38,429 nucleotides of DNA from a virus, in IMG/VR virus record IMGVR_UViG_3300022305_000519; one strand, written 5' to 3'. Made by a program: the position numbers and the translations under genes. Positions 16,945 through 26,287 of this stretch are shown here, piece after piece. The notes below the pieces were generated by a model. That model was not told the DNA's origin. It ran no database searches and saw only the letters and a list, made by a program, of their open reading frames with translations. Each line of letters starts with the position of its first letter. The first letter of the stretch is position 1.

Positions 16945-17913
16945 TTAAGTGACGCTCTGGATTTTAGCATGGGCGTCGGGATTATCACCTATCAGGGTGA
17001 ATTCCGTCAGGATTTCACCGCGAGTGGCATCACCCGTCTTAGCACGCTCCTCGAATTTGATCGGTCGCAAGAATCCGACCGACACATATTCGGGGTCAAG
17101 TGCAAGCAGTGTACCGGTTCGCATGTAGCGATTGAGCGAGATTTTATGCTCACCAAAGTCGCTGATGTACAGGTCAACACCGCCGATAACCACTGCTTGA
17201 GCGGTACGAGCGCCAGAGACTTGCACACCTGAGAACTTGGAAGCACCGCCGAATGTAGCGATCTTGCGTTTCAGTGTCGAGTTGACCATGATAAGGCTTG
17301 CATCTCCACCGTCAGTCCATGCGGCTTCCAGTGCGGAAACCAAGTCGCCTTCGGTCATTGCCGTAGCGGTGCCGTCCGTAACAGCGCCCCAGACGCCAGC
17401 AGCGTAACCGGGCGTGGTGCCGGTCGTGTTGCCAGTGCCAAGGATACGATTGCCGGAAATCATCGCTTCGATACCAGCCGAAGAACGAGCGGTGCCAGAG
17501 CCACCAGCAGACGAAACCTGATTCTGCACAAGTGCAAATTCAATGTCTCGCTTCAGTTCTTTGCCCTTCTTGGCGATCTGATATGCGAATTCAGCAGCGC
17601 GGCCATACTTGCGAACTGCATCAGCAGTGCCAGAAACCATGACGGTTTTCTTAGCGATCTGCGTGTAGTTGGAAAGCATGGTAGTGGGGGTCGCGGTAGC
17701 AAAAGTGCTATCGTCGCCTTCAATCGCCCGGTTAGCAGCAGCAGCAGCCAGCGAATCGGTCTGCCACTGGTGCAGGGTGTTCGTGACTTTCTTGCGCTTT
17801 GCCATCGATAGGAAAGGGGTTTCCTCGGGCGAGATGTTAAAGATAACGTCTTCGACGTCTTCTGCGATACCTACGAGGTCGTAGCTATCAGTGGTTCCAG
17901 TTGATTGTGCCAT
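16945..17913 (-). CDS. Major capsid protein (HK97 fold; SU10/DUF5309-like N-terminus)
   Basis: ...YDLVGIAEDVEDVIFNISPEETPFLSMAKRKKVTNTLHQWQTDSL..., 322 aa, directly downstream of a scaffold-like gene. Confidence 0.85.
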   Translation of the reverse strand: MAQSTGTTDSYDLVGIAEDVEDVIFNISPEETPFLSMAKRKKVTNTLHQWQTDSLAAAAANRAIEGDDSTFATATPTTMLSNYTQIAKKTVMVSGTADAVRKYGRAAEFAYQIAKKGKELKRDIEFALVQNQVSSAGGSGTARSSAGIEAMISGNRILGTGNTTGTTPGYAAGVWGAVTDGTATAMTEGDLVSALEAAWTDGGDASLIMVNSTLKRKIATFGGASKFSGVQVSGARTAQAVVIGGVDLYISDFGEHKISLNRYMRTGTLLALDPEYVSVGFLRPIKFEERAKTGDATRGEILTEFTLIGDNPDAHAKIQSVT

Positions 17914-17922
17914 TTCAATTCC

Positions 17923-18912
17923 TTATTTACGTCGTGTGCTTGAACGTGCCAGAATCAGCGCGGCAGCATCGTTTACAGTGCCGGTCTTCTTCAGGCTCTT
18001 TGCCGCTGTTTCGACAGCAGCCTTTACATTGCTTTTCACTTGACTACCAGCCCCAGGCTTCATAGTCTTATTGCTGACCTGTTGCTTTAGCTTCGGGTCT
18101 AGTTGGCTCATCTTCCAACCCTTGTATGCAAGATCAAGAGCCTTAATTACTGGCTCACTCATCACTGCACGCAAAGCGGTAGGGTCTGCGCCTAGCTGTT
18201 TGACAGAGAAATCCAAGAGTGTGTTGGAGTACTCATCTGACCAGCCTTTGATATTCTTTTGTGCATAGTCTGCAAGCCGTTGAAATCGTTGCGCTGTTTG
18301 CGCCTGCGACTCTTGTTGCATCTTTGCTTCTTCCTGCTGATACTTGGCCTCTACTCGCTGTTTAGCGCTTTGTAGCTGCACATATTCAGCATTCAGCCGT
18401 GTCAACGCTACCGGATCATTTTCGGCAAGCGTATTGAAGTCCATTTGCTCAATCTGCGCCATTCGGCGTGCGATTGTTCGATGGTCTGCAATAAGGTCTG
18501 CCTGTTGAGTGGCTACCTCTTGCATCTTCTGTACAGCTTCGATTTGTGATTCTGCGAATTTCCGAAGATCGGCGGCCTCTTGGAACTTGCGCGTCGCACC
18601 TGCCTCAACCTCTTTGGCCTTGGCTTCGATGCGCTTTGCTTGTTCAGCAAGGGCGGGAGGAAGTTTGAACTTCTCGCCAGCTACGTCAATTTCGATATCT
18701 TCGCTTTGAGCTTCGGCTTCTTCCTGCTCGCCTTCCGATTCCTCGGTTTCCTGCTCTTGAGCGTCGGATTGCTCCTGCTCATCGGCTTGGGCTTGCGGTT
18801 CATCTTCCTGCTCGGGTTCATCTCTTACACCCATTCGGCGCAGTAGCTCGTCTGCTGCTCCCTGTTCCGAATAACTGACTTCCGGTTGAACCGGCGTGGT
18901 CACTTCTGCCAT
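17923..18912 (-). CDS. Scaffolding protein
   Basis: Acidic N-terminus (EPEQEDEPQAQADEQEQSDAQEQETEESEGEQEE), long coiled-coil-type Ala/Gln/Lys/Glu sequence, and position upstream of the capsid gene. Confidence 0.75.
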   Translation of the reverse strand: MAEVTTPVQPEVSYSEQGAADELLRRMGVRDEPEQEDEPQAQADEQEQSDAQEQETEESEGEQEEAEAQSEDIEIDVAGEKFKLPPALAEQAKRIEAKAKEVEAGATRKFQEAADLRKFAESQIEAVQKMQEVATQQADLIADHRTIARRMAQIEQMDFNTLAENDPVALTRLNAEYVQLQSAKQRVEAKYQQEEAKMQQESQAQTAQRFQRLADYAQKNIKGWSDEYSNTLLDFSVKQLGADPTALRAVMSEPVIKALDLAYKGWKMSQLDPKLKQQVSNKTMKPGAGSQVKSNVKAAVETAAKSLKKTGTVNDAAALILARSSTRRK

Positions 18913-19033
18913 TTAACACTCCAAGGGTCGTATCACTACGATGCCTGCCCCAATCATTCCCTTCCGGGATTCTCGCTAGGGGGCTTGTCTAGCGCGAATA
19001 CTTATTTCTTCGGCGGCTTCTTGCCTTTTTTCT

Positions 19034-19324
19034 TCATGCAACCCATGATTTCATCCGATCTTTCATACTCTTTTTCTTGGCCTCTAGATTGATCTGAGCA
19101 ATCTTGCCATCCGTCACGCACTTCATAAAGAATGCTTGATACTTGGCATGGAAATACTGCATGGCTTTGATATGCTCAAGCGTTTCCTTATCCTGCGGAG
19201 TAGTTTCTTTCCACAGCCGATATACTTCGCGCTCGACGTGTTCGCAAGCCTCTTTCCACAGGTCATCATTAATGATGTTCTGTGCGCGATAACCGCGCTG
19301 GATTTCAGTTTCTGTTTTGTCCAT
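19034..19324 (-). CDS. Hypothetical protein (96 aa)
   Basis: Clean ORF coupled to the upstream gene (ATG at 19324, upstream stop adjacent). Confidence 0.65.
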   Translation of the reverse strand: MDKTETEIQRGYRAQNIINDDLWKEACEHVEREVYRLWKETTPQDKETLEHIKAMQYFHAKYQAFFMKCVTDGKIAQINLEAKKKSMKDRMKSWVA

Positions 19325-20250
19325 TACATCATTAGTAAGATCAATTCGTCGTCACTGATACGCTTAACGCTCTTTTTGACATTAGCTATTACTGTAGTCT
19401 CAATAATAGGCGTTGTCAATGCCTCAAGCTCGATTAATAGCCCCTCTACCTTTGCCCATTCCTGTGCGGATACTGTCTCAGGCTTAGGAGATTCTGCAAC
19501 CTTGGCTTTCTTGGCCTCTTTGAGCCGATACTTCTGTAGCAGGGCCTGCACCATTACGGCAAGCTCTTGCTCGGTCAAGAAGTACCGTTTACCCTCGATT
19601 TCGTACCATTTACGATTAGATATGTTACGGGCAATTCCACCTCTGCGCTCTTGCTGCGCTGGCGTAATGTATATTGCAGCATCGCCACCAGTTATCGAGT
19701 ATTCACCGCCCAAAGCCGTCAATACATAAGCGCCTGGGCTTGTCTTTGTAATGACAGCATCGCCACCAGCCAAGGCATACGCGCCACCCTGTGCCGACAG
19801 ATTGCGCCCACGGCTGATGATTGCTGCTGCGCCTGTGTATGCGTAAGTTCCTCCCGTGGCACTCAGGCTGCGATTCTTGAGAATCGTCGCGGTCTGTCCT
19901 GTATATGTGTAACTACCGCCCTGTGCTGTCAGGGTGTAGCCAATAGCACCGGGAGTGTATGTAATCGTCGCTTGCTGACCTGTATAGGTGTATGCGCCGC
20001 CTGATGCCGTCAGAGTCCTATTCCGGCTTAATACAGCCTGTGCGCCGTTGACCGTGTAAGCGCCACCCTGGGCGACTAGGCCACGATTCCGGCTGATTAC
20101 CGCGCTTGCGCCTGTTAGTGAGTAGCTACCGCCTAACGCTGTTAGAGTGTAAGTAGATCCACCAGCCGTAGCATTCGGATCGCGCAGCCTTACATCGTCT
20201 GAATCTGGATCAGAAGGGACTGACCATAGAATGATGTCATTCCCAGCCAT
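19324..20250 (-). CDS. Repeat protein (308 aa) with eight GG-x-Y-x-x-T-G... units of about 22 aa, plus a helical C-terminal domain
   Basis: Read from the translation: GGSYSLTGASAVISRNRGLVAQ / GGAYTVNGAQAVLSRNRTLTAS / GGSYTYTGQTATILKNRSLSAT / GGTYAYTGAAAIISRGRNLSAQ, and so on. Confidence 0.75.
   Translation of the reverse strand: MAGNDIILWSVPSDPDSDDVRLRDPNATAGGSTYTLTALGGSYSLTGASAVISRNRGLVAQGGAYTVNGAQAVLSRNRTLTASGGAYTYTGQQATITYTPGAIGYTLTAQGGSYTYTGQTATILKNRSLSATGGTYAYTGAAAIISRGRNLSAQGGAYALAGGDAVITKTSPGAYVLTALGGEYSITGGDAAIYITPAQQERRGGIARNISNRKWYEIEGKRYFLTEQELAVMVQALLQKYRLKEAKKAKVAESPKPETVSAQEWAKVEGLLIELEALTTPIIETTVIANVKKSVKRISDDELILLMM
19654..20163 (-). repeat. Coding tandem repeat of about 66 nt (22 aa), in about 8 diverged copies
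   Basis: Periodicity seen in the protein (aa 30-199 of the 308-aa ORF). The copies have diverged at the DNA level. Confidence 0.7.
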
Positions 20251-20817
20251 TTAGACCGCCGTCAGCGTGTTAAGCGTGGCCCCAGTTACATCCGGGGAGC
20301 CTGTCTTGTAAGAAACAACATAATGACGCGAGTTTGTGGGCAAGACTACAGAGTAATTTCCAGAACCATCAGAGATAGTCTGAGCCACCTTTACATCATC
20401 ACCAGTCTTGAAGATGATAACGTCACAGTTACCCAATACAGCCCCGGTAGAGTCTCGGGTAATTCCTGTTAACGTAAATGTATTCGTTGACTGAATGAAT
20501 GGGTTTATTAGTGCGTGGCCTCGATCGATAAATACTCTAGCCCCACATGGTGTCATGATGCAGGCATTATTAGCAATCATACTTCCGTCATATTCTGACC
20601 TCAGGATATCTATATTTCCAGCCTGAGTGTAGACGCCTAGAGATACTTCATCATCTTCGATCATCGGCGTAACCGCACCCATCATTACATCTTGCCCACC
20701 AGACACGACAATAGGCGAAGGCGCATCTACAACTTGGGCCGTGGCAAATGAACGCAGTTCATCACCCTGAATAACCAAGTCGAAAGGATCAGCAAGTGAC
20801 GGCAGAATGACGGGCAT
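20251..20817 (-). CDS. Hypothetical virion-module protein (188 aa) with a C-terminal carboxypeptidase-regulatory-like / Ig-like beta domain
   Basis: The C-terminus TGITRDSTGAVLGNCDVIIFKTGDDVKVAQTISDGSGNYSVVLP resembles CarboxypepD_reg-type domains. Confidence 0.55.
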   Translation of the reverse strand: MPVILPSLADPFDLVIQGDELRSFATAQVVDAPSPIVVSGGQDVMMGAVTPMIEDDEVSLGVYTQAGNIDILRSEYDGSMIANNACIMTPCGARVFIDRGHALINPFIQSTNTFTLTGITRDSTGAVLGNCDVIIFKTGDDVKVAQTISDGSGNYSVVLPTNSRHYVVSYKTGSPDVTGATLNTLTAV

Positions 20818-20818
20818 A

Positions 20819-21034
20819 TCAGGGGGTCAAAACATCAATGGTCACAACTGCGTAGAAGTCAAACGCATCATTTGTGAAGTAATGACTGAATCCGCTTGGC
20901 GGGGGACTCATCTCAATAGTCCCGGGCATATAGGTAGAGCAAGCAGCTACCGCGCCGTTTTCCGTCTGATGGTGCTCGACCATAGTGTCAGCTATGTAGC
21001 GCTTGCCCTTTGTAACAACATAATTTGATGGCAT
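20819..21034 (-). CDS. Hypothetical protein (71 aa)
   Basis: ORF tightly packed between neighbouring genes on the same strand. Confidence 0.55.
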   Translation of the reverse strand: MPSNYVVTKGKRYIADTMVEHHQTENGAVAACSTYMPGTIEMSPPPSGFSHYFTNDAFDFYAVVTIDVLTP

Positions 21035-21038
21035 GACT

Positions 21039-21590
21039 TCATGGTGTCAGTTGTTCAAGGATGAACTGATGACAGGTAAACGAGCCGGTCGCCACGGTCT
21101 GCGTAAAGAACACATCCAGCGTCAAGGCAGACTGAGAGTTGAAACCAGTACCAACAACAGGAGCAGTGTTGTATGGAACCACGATGTTACCTGACCACGG
21201 GCCAGTAGCTACAGCCGCCGTGTTTAGGAAGGCAGTCGATGACAGCAGGCCCTGAGTAATTAGGTTGGCCGATGTACCTGAACCCACTGCACGGCAAGTA
21301 ATCAGCGCGTCGTACTGCCACGGCACAGTAGTCTGTGCAACGATGTTCAGAGGAACGGCAAGTGTATCCGAAGCCACAACACCCCCCAAACGAACATCAA
21401 TACGGAATGTTCCTGGAGTGGTAACGGCGCAGGATACACGGCCTGCCATGCGAAGACGCCAAATGCGACCGATCTGCCAGTAACCAGCAGGAAGTGTGGT
21501 TGGGACGTAAGTAGGTACACAGGAAGCCGCTGCTGCTGCCGTGAGCGTTGGACCGTCTGTGTAACTTGATGCAATGACTTGAACTGCCAT
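21039..21590 (-). CDS. Hypothetical virion-module protein (183 aa)
   Basis: Beta-rich Thr/Ala/Val/Gly composition. Packed inside the structural operon. Confidence 0.6.
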   Translation of the reverse strand: MAVQVIASSYTDGPTLTAAAAASCVPTYVPTTLPAGYWQIGRIWRLRMAGRVSCAVTTPGTFRIDVRLGGVVASDTLAVPLNIVAQTTVPWQYDALITCRAVGSGTSANLITQGLLSSTAFLNTAAVATGPWSGNIVVPYNTAPVVGTGFNSQSALTLDVFFTQTVATGSFTCHQFILEQLTP

Positions 21591-21599
21591 AATTTTCCT

Positions 21600-22034
21600 T
21601 TAAGTGATCTTGAATACACCGACCGTAGCCGTCTGGTCTAGGTCTACCGTTACGGTTTCAGCGGCTGCAACGGCTTGGGATGAGCCGTAGTCCCAATACC
21701 CAACAACAGTACCGTTAGCGCCTTGCAATACGGTCTTGTTGACTAACAAGGCATAGCGGAAGGTAAGCCCGCCACCTGATGCAGTCCATACGGCAGGATC
21801 AGCCAGAACAAGCACGAAGTCCGAACCGTTCATGCCTGCGCTAGTCGTGCTGACGTTGTTACCGCCTGCTGTATATCCACCAGACGTAGCAAGGTCAGTC
21901 GTGCCGGAAGTAAACACCTTAGACGCTGGAGCGCCTGAAGCCAGTGCTATAGCCCATTGGTCCGTCCCGGCATTAATGCCTTCGGCCAAGTCTTCAATGG
22001 CTGCTGTAACTTTTACATAACTTGCGGTAGGCAT
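21600..22034 (-). CDS. Hypothetical virion-module protein (144 aa)
   Basis: The start is coupled to the portal stop. Beta-rich sequence. Confidence 0.6.
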   Translation of the reverse strand: MPTASYVKVTAAIEDLAEGINAGTDQWAIALASGAPASKVFTSGTTDLATSGGYTAGGNNVSTTSAGMNGSDFVLVLADPAVWTASGGGLTFRYALLVNKTVLQGANGTVVGYWDYGSSQAVAAAETVTVDLDQTATVGVFKIT

Positions 22035-24292
22035 TATTCAACTCCTGAAATATTACCGTCAGCGTCTCGGACTACCTTCTTAGGCTTGCCGACCTGTTGC
22101 AGTGCCGCCGACATGCCTTCCATTGCTTTGGCAAGTACCTGATTGTCCATAGACTGCGCTTTTAGGCCAGCGTCTACCATCTTGCTTTCCTGCTGGGCAC
22201 CGGCAATGGTCAGCTTAACCTGTGCGTCTAGCTCACCGAGATAACGCTTCGTAGCGTCTTCCATAGCCTTGATATCGCGCTCGTTCTGAATCTTCATTTC
22301 CTCGATCTGTGCATCGTACTGCGCTTTCAATGCTTCTCGTTCACTGTCGCGCTGGTCATTACTGGCCTGTAGCTGCAATTCCATCTCGCTTTGCCGCTGC
22401 TCGAACTCCATCTTCATCCTGTTAAGTTCCTGCTGCATAGTCTGCTCTGCTTGGAACTTCTGCACTTCCATCTGCTGAGTAGCCTGGAATTTCTGAATCT
22501 CGGCCTGCTGGCGCATCTGCTCAACTTGCACTTTAGGATCAACCTGAGGCTGCTTCGGCGGTGCTTTCTCAGGGTCTGTCCAGAACTCGTTAACGTCCTT
22601 AAATCCTGCTGTCTTCGTGATGCGTGCCAGCGTGTTATAGATGTTCTTGGGGCTTGCAATCCCTACTTGTGCGGCCTGTGCCTGCATCTGTGCAATCTGC
22701 GTTAGGACAGTGATTTGGCTAGTGCGGTCGCCCATACCAAACGTCATGCTGATCTGTAGATCACTGCGCTTAACCCATGTCCTCGGGTCTACAGGCACCC
22801 ATTCACCGTTCAAGCGCACCATTTCTTGCTGTCGGCTATGGGTAAGGGTAATGAAATGGACAAGCTGGAACAGCGATTTAATGCCTGTTTCGGCAAACAC
22901 CCTGGCAATGAACTTGATGCGCTGCTGTGCTGCTGTGAGCATCATAGTGTTAGCTGTAGCGCCTGCCTGATTGTTCAGCACATCAGGGTTAATTCCTTGC
23001 GTCTGGTCGCTTACACCCGTTCGACGCTGTGCGATGCCATCCATATACTGCATCATGGGGATAGCAATCTGCCCATTGGTAGGGTGCGTCAGCGGGAAAA
23101 ACGGGCTAGGGTTCTTTGCTCCATTGAATCGGACCATGCCACCAGGACGACTATCTAGCATGTCGTCAAGGTTCACGCTGTTTTCGTCAACACCATACCG
23201 ACCGTTATTGGCAAGGTACTGATTATCGAGTGCCCCCCGAAGTAGTGCAGTTTGGATGCGTTGCAAGTCCATAACAGAATCGGCCACGGACAAACCATAG
23301 TGCTGATGCGGCAGCGGAGTCGGGCACATCGCCACCACGGGGATGATTGTGCATTCTTCGTTATGCAGAATCTTGCTGCCAACCACAATAACGTGGCGCA
23401 GTTCTGCTCGGCCATCGTCGTCATAGTCAAACCTGATCCAAGTCTCACGCACTTTAACCCGGCGCATTGCAGGGTCGATATTCTCACCCTCTCGGTCACG
23501 CATGGGGCTGTAGTCGTTGCGGCTGACTTGCTCCCAATCGCCTTTACTGTCTCCATCGTCCTGAATGTCGTCAGGAACGTCAAAATCCATCAATCTAAGT
23601 TCTGTCAGCGTCTTATATTCGCTGTGCTGAACAAATGCAACTCTTTCATCTTGGAGGCTTACGCCGCGTGCATTCTCGTCAACCTTGATGTGTTCAGGTG
23701 CGATATTGACTATTTTGACCATGTTGCGCGGCTTTTTGCGCTCAAGTCTCACGGAATGGGTGATTACCGGGAATCCGGTCATCATGTCCAGGCTGGCTTC
23801 TTCCTCATGCTCGACAATCTCAATATCCTTGTCTTGCATCAAGATTACCCATTCCTCGGGCGTCAGATCATCGTAATACTCGCTTGTAATGTCCTCGGAA
23901 TCATCCCAATAGGCTTTTACATATCCATTTTTCTGGATCAAGGCATCGTGCGCCCAGCCATACCAAACATCAAACCAACTATTACGCTGAGTAATCTGAT
24001 AGTTTACGTAATCGCTTTCCTGCTCGGCAGCTTTGGTGTCTTCGGGGCCACGCGGCATGAATGACACAAGTTCATCGCCACTACAGAAAATGTCCGCAAG
24101 TTGCGGCTTTAGCCACTCGACTGTATCCCAGACTGTACGGGAAATGACCTGACTGCGGCCTTCTACCTCATTGCCGAGCGGCTTGCCTAGGTAGTAATCA
24201 AGCGAGTCTGTGCGATCTTCCTGGAGATTGCCGTACGTTTCTGCGTTGGATTCGTATGTCTCAATAGCATTGATTAGCTGGGAGTCATCCAT
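22034..24292 (-). CDS. Portal protein (P22-like, with a long C-terminal coiled-coil barrel segment)
   Basis: 752 aa, downstream of TerL. The N-terminal block ...YYLGKPLGNEVEGRSQVISRTVWDTVEWLKPQLADIF... is typical of P22-type portals. The C-terminal region of about 150 aa is Gln/Glu/Met-rich and helical. Confidence 0.9.
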   Translation of the reverse strand: MDDSQLINAIETYESNAETYGNLQEDRTDSLDYYLGKPLGNEVEGRSQVISRTVWDTVEWLKPQLADIFCSGDELVSFMPRGPEDTKAAEQESDYVNYQITQRNSWFDVWYGWAHDALIQKNGYVKAYWDDSEDITSEYYDDLTPEEWVILMQDKDIEIVEHEEEASLDMMTGFPVITHSVRLERKKPRNMVKIVNIAPEHIKVDENARGVSLQDERVAFVQHSEYKTLTELRLMDFDVPDDIQDDGDSKGDWEQVSRNDYSPMRDREGENIDPAMRRVKVRETWIRFDYDDDGRAELRHVIVVGSKILHNEECTIIPVVAMCPTPLPHQHYGLSVADSVMDLQRIQTALLRGALDNQYLANNGRYGVDENSVNLDDMLDSRPGGMVRFNGAKNPSPFFPLTHPTNGQIAIPMMQYMDGIAQRRTGVSDQTQGINPDVLNNQAGATANTMMLTAAQQRIKFIARVFAETGIKSLFQLVHFITLTHSRQQEMVRLNGEWVPVDPRTWVKRSDLQISMTFGMGDRTSQITVLTQIAQMQAQAAQVGIASPKNIYNTLARITKTAGFKDVNEFWTDPEKAPPKQPQVDPKVQVEQMRQQAEIQKFQATQQMEVQKFQAEQTMQQELNRMKMEFEQRQSEMELQLQASNDQRDSEREALKAQYDAQIEEMKIQNERDIKAMEDATKRYLGELDAQVKLTIAGAQQESKMVDAGLKAQSMDNQVLAKAMEGMSAALQQVGKPKKVVRDADGNISGVE

Positions 24293-24458
24293 TTATGTCC
24301 TTTGGCGGCCTGCCGGGTTTGGGACGCGACTCAAGCGCATCTAAGCGAGATTTTAGCGAATCTATCTCACTTTGCAAAGCGTTAGATTTAATCAATCGCT
24401 CAAGCTCTGCAATCTTTGCGGCTTGTTCTTTTAGCTGAACTGCTATATGGATACTCAT
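24285..24458 (-). CDS. Small coiled-coil protein (57 aa) between TerL and the portal
   Basis: The ATG overlaps the TerL TAA (TAATG) and the stop overlaps the portal start by 8 nt. Below the 60-aa track cutoff. Confidence 0.5.
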   Translation of the reverse strand: MSIHIAVQLKEQAAKIAELERLIKSNALQSEIDSLKSRLDALESRPKPGRPPKDING

Positions 24459-25768
24459 TAAATCACTCCGTTTGGTCGATATTTTATGGGCACAGCTTTA
24501 GGCTTAGGCTCTTCATAAGCCACTGCCATAAGCCCGAAAGCGTCACTTCCGTGGCTGGCCCAATCATGCTCGGGGCCTAGTCCGATGCCGCGAATATCGT
24601 CGCGCTTCTCGTGATACCAGCCTAATGCATCTCGGCCAGCCTGCGTCGTGTCTTCATTGAACCAGATATTAGTGAACAGCCTGCGGACGGCTTCAATGCG
24701 CTTTTTGGCAGCTCCTGCGCCCTGGTTCGGGATAACCGTCACGGTGTACCCTGCAGCACGCAATGCGCTCTCATAGCTCACATCATGCACCTTGTCATGG
24801 GTAGCTCCGTCATGTGGAAGCCAGAACTGCGCTTTATCAGGGCTGTATCCGCGCTCACGGCACCAAGCAAGGTGTGCCGATAGCGGCTGACCTACTGCCT
24901 CGTAATAGTCCAGTGTCCGCACTTCCTTTCCGATAAACTGTACCGCCCACATGGCAAAAGCGTCTGCCCTGGCACCAGTACCGCCAATATCGCAGAATAG
25001 CCTGATGGTCATCAGCGGATCAGGGCCAACCCTACCAATCCTTCCTGCCGTCTTGGCTTCTAACAGGTGTTTGGCAAAGTATGCGCCCTCCACAATGCTG
25101 GCGTAGTCGCCTTCCCATATATGAGGAACTTGCTCTGGGCGCTGGCGCATGTCGTCTTCCATCGCACGTTTCAGCACCTCAGGGAACTTGGGGTTATCTC
25201 GCCAGTTCAATTGCACGATCTTGTGGCGCGGATTAGTGCTGTTCTTAAACCTCTTGTCAGTTGCGCTACCCTTTCGTTTAGGGTTCCAAGTCACCCACAG
25301 TTCAGCATTCCAGTCCTCTCCCTCTTCTCGGAGAGTCGGGATAAGCGTGACCCATGCATCATCGCTAACAGGCTCTGCCTCATCTACCCAGCACAGCAGA
25401 ATCCTTCCCTTAGACTTAATCGAGGCGATGTTTCTATCTAGGCCAGCAAAGGCAAAGTGGATACGCCCATCCTTGCTTTTAATGTACTTGTCGCCTACAT
25501 CGTAGTATTCCAGCAGCCAAGGCTCTTCCTCAATGGCTCTCTTGCATTCTTCCAGGCTGGATTCGTCCAAGCTGTTCATGAACTGCCGCGCACACAGCAG
25601 AATTCCTCTAATTCCTGCCTTACCGTACTGATAGCCCTTTACAGCCACCATCTTGGCAAATGATCGAGTCTTGCCAGAGCCACGGCCCCCATAGGAGCCG
25701 CGCACGTCTGCATCCCCTTCAAATACGGGGATTAGCTTTTCAGGGAGTTGGATGCTTACCGCTGCCAA
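24458..25768 (-). CDS. terL: Terminase large subunit
   Basis: Walker A SYGGRGSGKTRSF near the N-terminus, a Walker B-like LLCWVDEAE, and a C-terminal nuclease-type domain. TTG start, bounded upstream by an in-frame TAA. Confidence 0.9.
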   Translation of the reverse strand: MAAVSIQLPEKLIPVFEGDADVRGSYGGRGSGKTRSFAKMVAVKGYQYGKAGIRGILLCARQFMNSLDESSLEECKRAIEEEPWLLEYYDVGDKYIKSKDGRIHFAFAGLDRNIASIKSKGRILLCWVDEAEPVSDDAWVTLIPTLREEGEDWNAELWVTWNPKRKGSATDKRFKNSTNPRHKIVQLNWRDNPKFPEVLKRAMEDDMRQRPEQVPHIWEGDYASIVEGAYFAKHLLEAKTAGRIGRVGPDPLMTIRLFCDIGGTGARADAFAMWAVQFIGKEVRTLDYYEAVGQPLSAHLAWCRERGYSPDKAQFWLPHDGATHDKVHDVSYESALRAAGYTVTVIPNQGAGAAKKRIEAVRRLFTNIWFNEDTTQAGRDALGWYHEKRDDIRGIGLGPEHDWASHGSDAFGLMAVAYEEPKPKAVPIKYRPNGVI

Positions 25769-25959
25769 TTTTTATGCGAGTCAATCGCTTCTTTGTGCCG
25801 AGCATGTGCAATTTCAAATGCTTGATCTTTTGTCAAATTACGATCTTTGTCGGAATAAGGAAAGTATGCAACCCTCCAAGAACCATCATCGCACTGATAA
25901 ACATCAATCAGTTCATCTTTAGTTGTAAACCTGTTTGTCTGGTACTCAAATAGTTGAAT
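25756..25959 (-). CDS. Possible 67-aa protein with no canonical start codon (AUU start candidate)
   Basis: The frame is open for 71 codons from stop to stop and fills the TerS-like/TerL gap. It contains no ATG, GTG or TTG. AAGGA lies 5 nt before the ATT at 25959. The translation looks protein-like (..DELIDVYQCDDGSWRVAYFPYSDKDRNLTKDQAFEIAHARHKEAIDSH..). Confidence 0.3.
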   Translation of the reverse strand: MQLFEYQTNRFTTKDELIDVYQCDDGSWRVAYFPYSDKDRNLTKDQAFEIAHARHKEAIDSHKNWQR

Positions 25960-25960
25960 G

Positions 25961-26251
25961 TCAATCCTTCTTCAGCGGCTCGATTACCACGCGGGTAATT
26001 GTCTCTAGCGGGTTTTCGCTGTCACCTGCCACAGTCAATGGAAGAAGTTTCGGGTAAATAGTTGCCCAAAATGCACGCTCGTTTAGCGGGTCTTCCTGCA
26101 CCCAGGCAAGCAATCTCTCTGCTCCACCTAGCTCAGTAGCTGCTTGGTGAATAACGTCCTTAGCGGCCTTTCCTAGCTTGTTAGGGCTGCCCTTGGGCCT
26201 ACCTGCTCCCTTACGAGTAAGATTGTCGCCCTCTATTAAATTTGTTGACAT
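25961..26251 (-). CDS. Small DNA-binding protein, terminase small-subunit candidate (DUF5681-like GRPKG motif)
   Basis: KGAGRPKGSPNKLGKAAKD motif. Located upstream of TerL. Confidence 0.4.
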   Translation of the reverse strand: MSTNLIEGDNLTRKGAGRPKGSPNKLGKAAKDVIHQAATELGGAERLLAWVQEDPLNERAFWATIYPKLLPLTVAGDSENPLETITRVVIEPLKKD

Positions 26252-26287
26252 TGTTATAGACCTCTCTATGAGCGTAGTCTGTGAGTA

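Noticed and set aside
23252-24064. A 270-aa plus-strand ORF antisense to the portal gene, and similar antisense ORFs elsewhere (e.g. 19136-19729, 22391-23158, 9412-10454)
   Set aside because: They are fully contained within well-supported genes on the opposite strand. They lack RBSs and have odd, low-complexity compositions.
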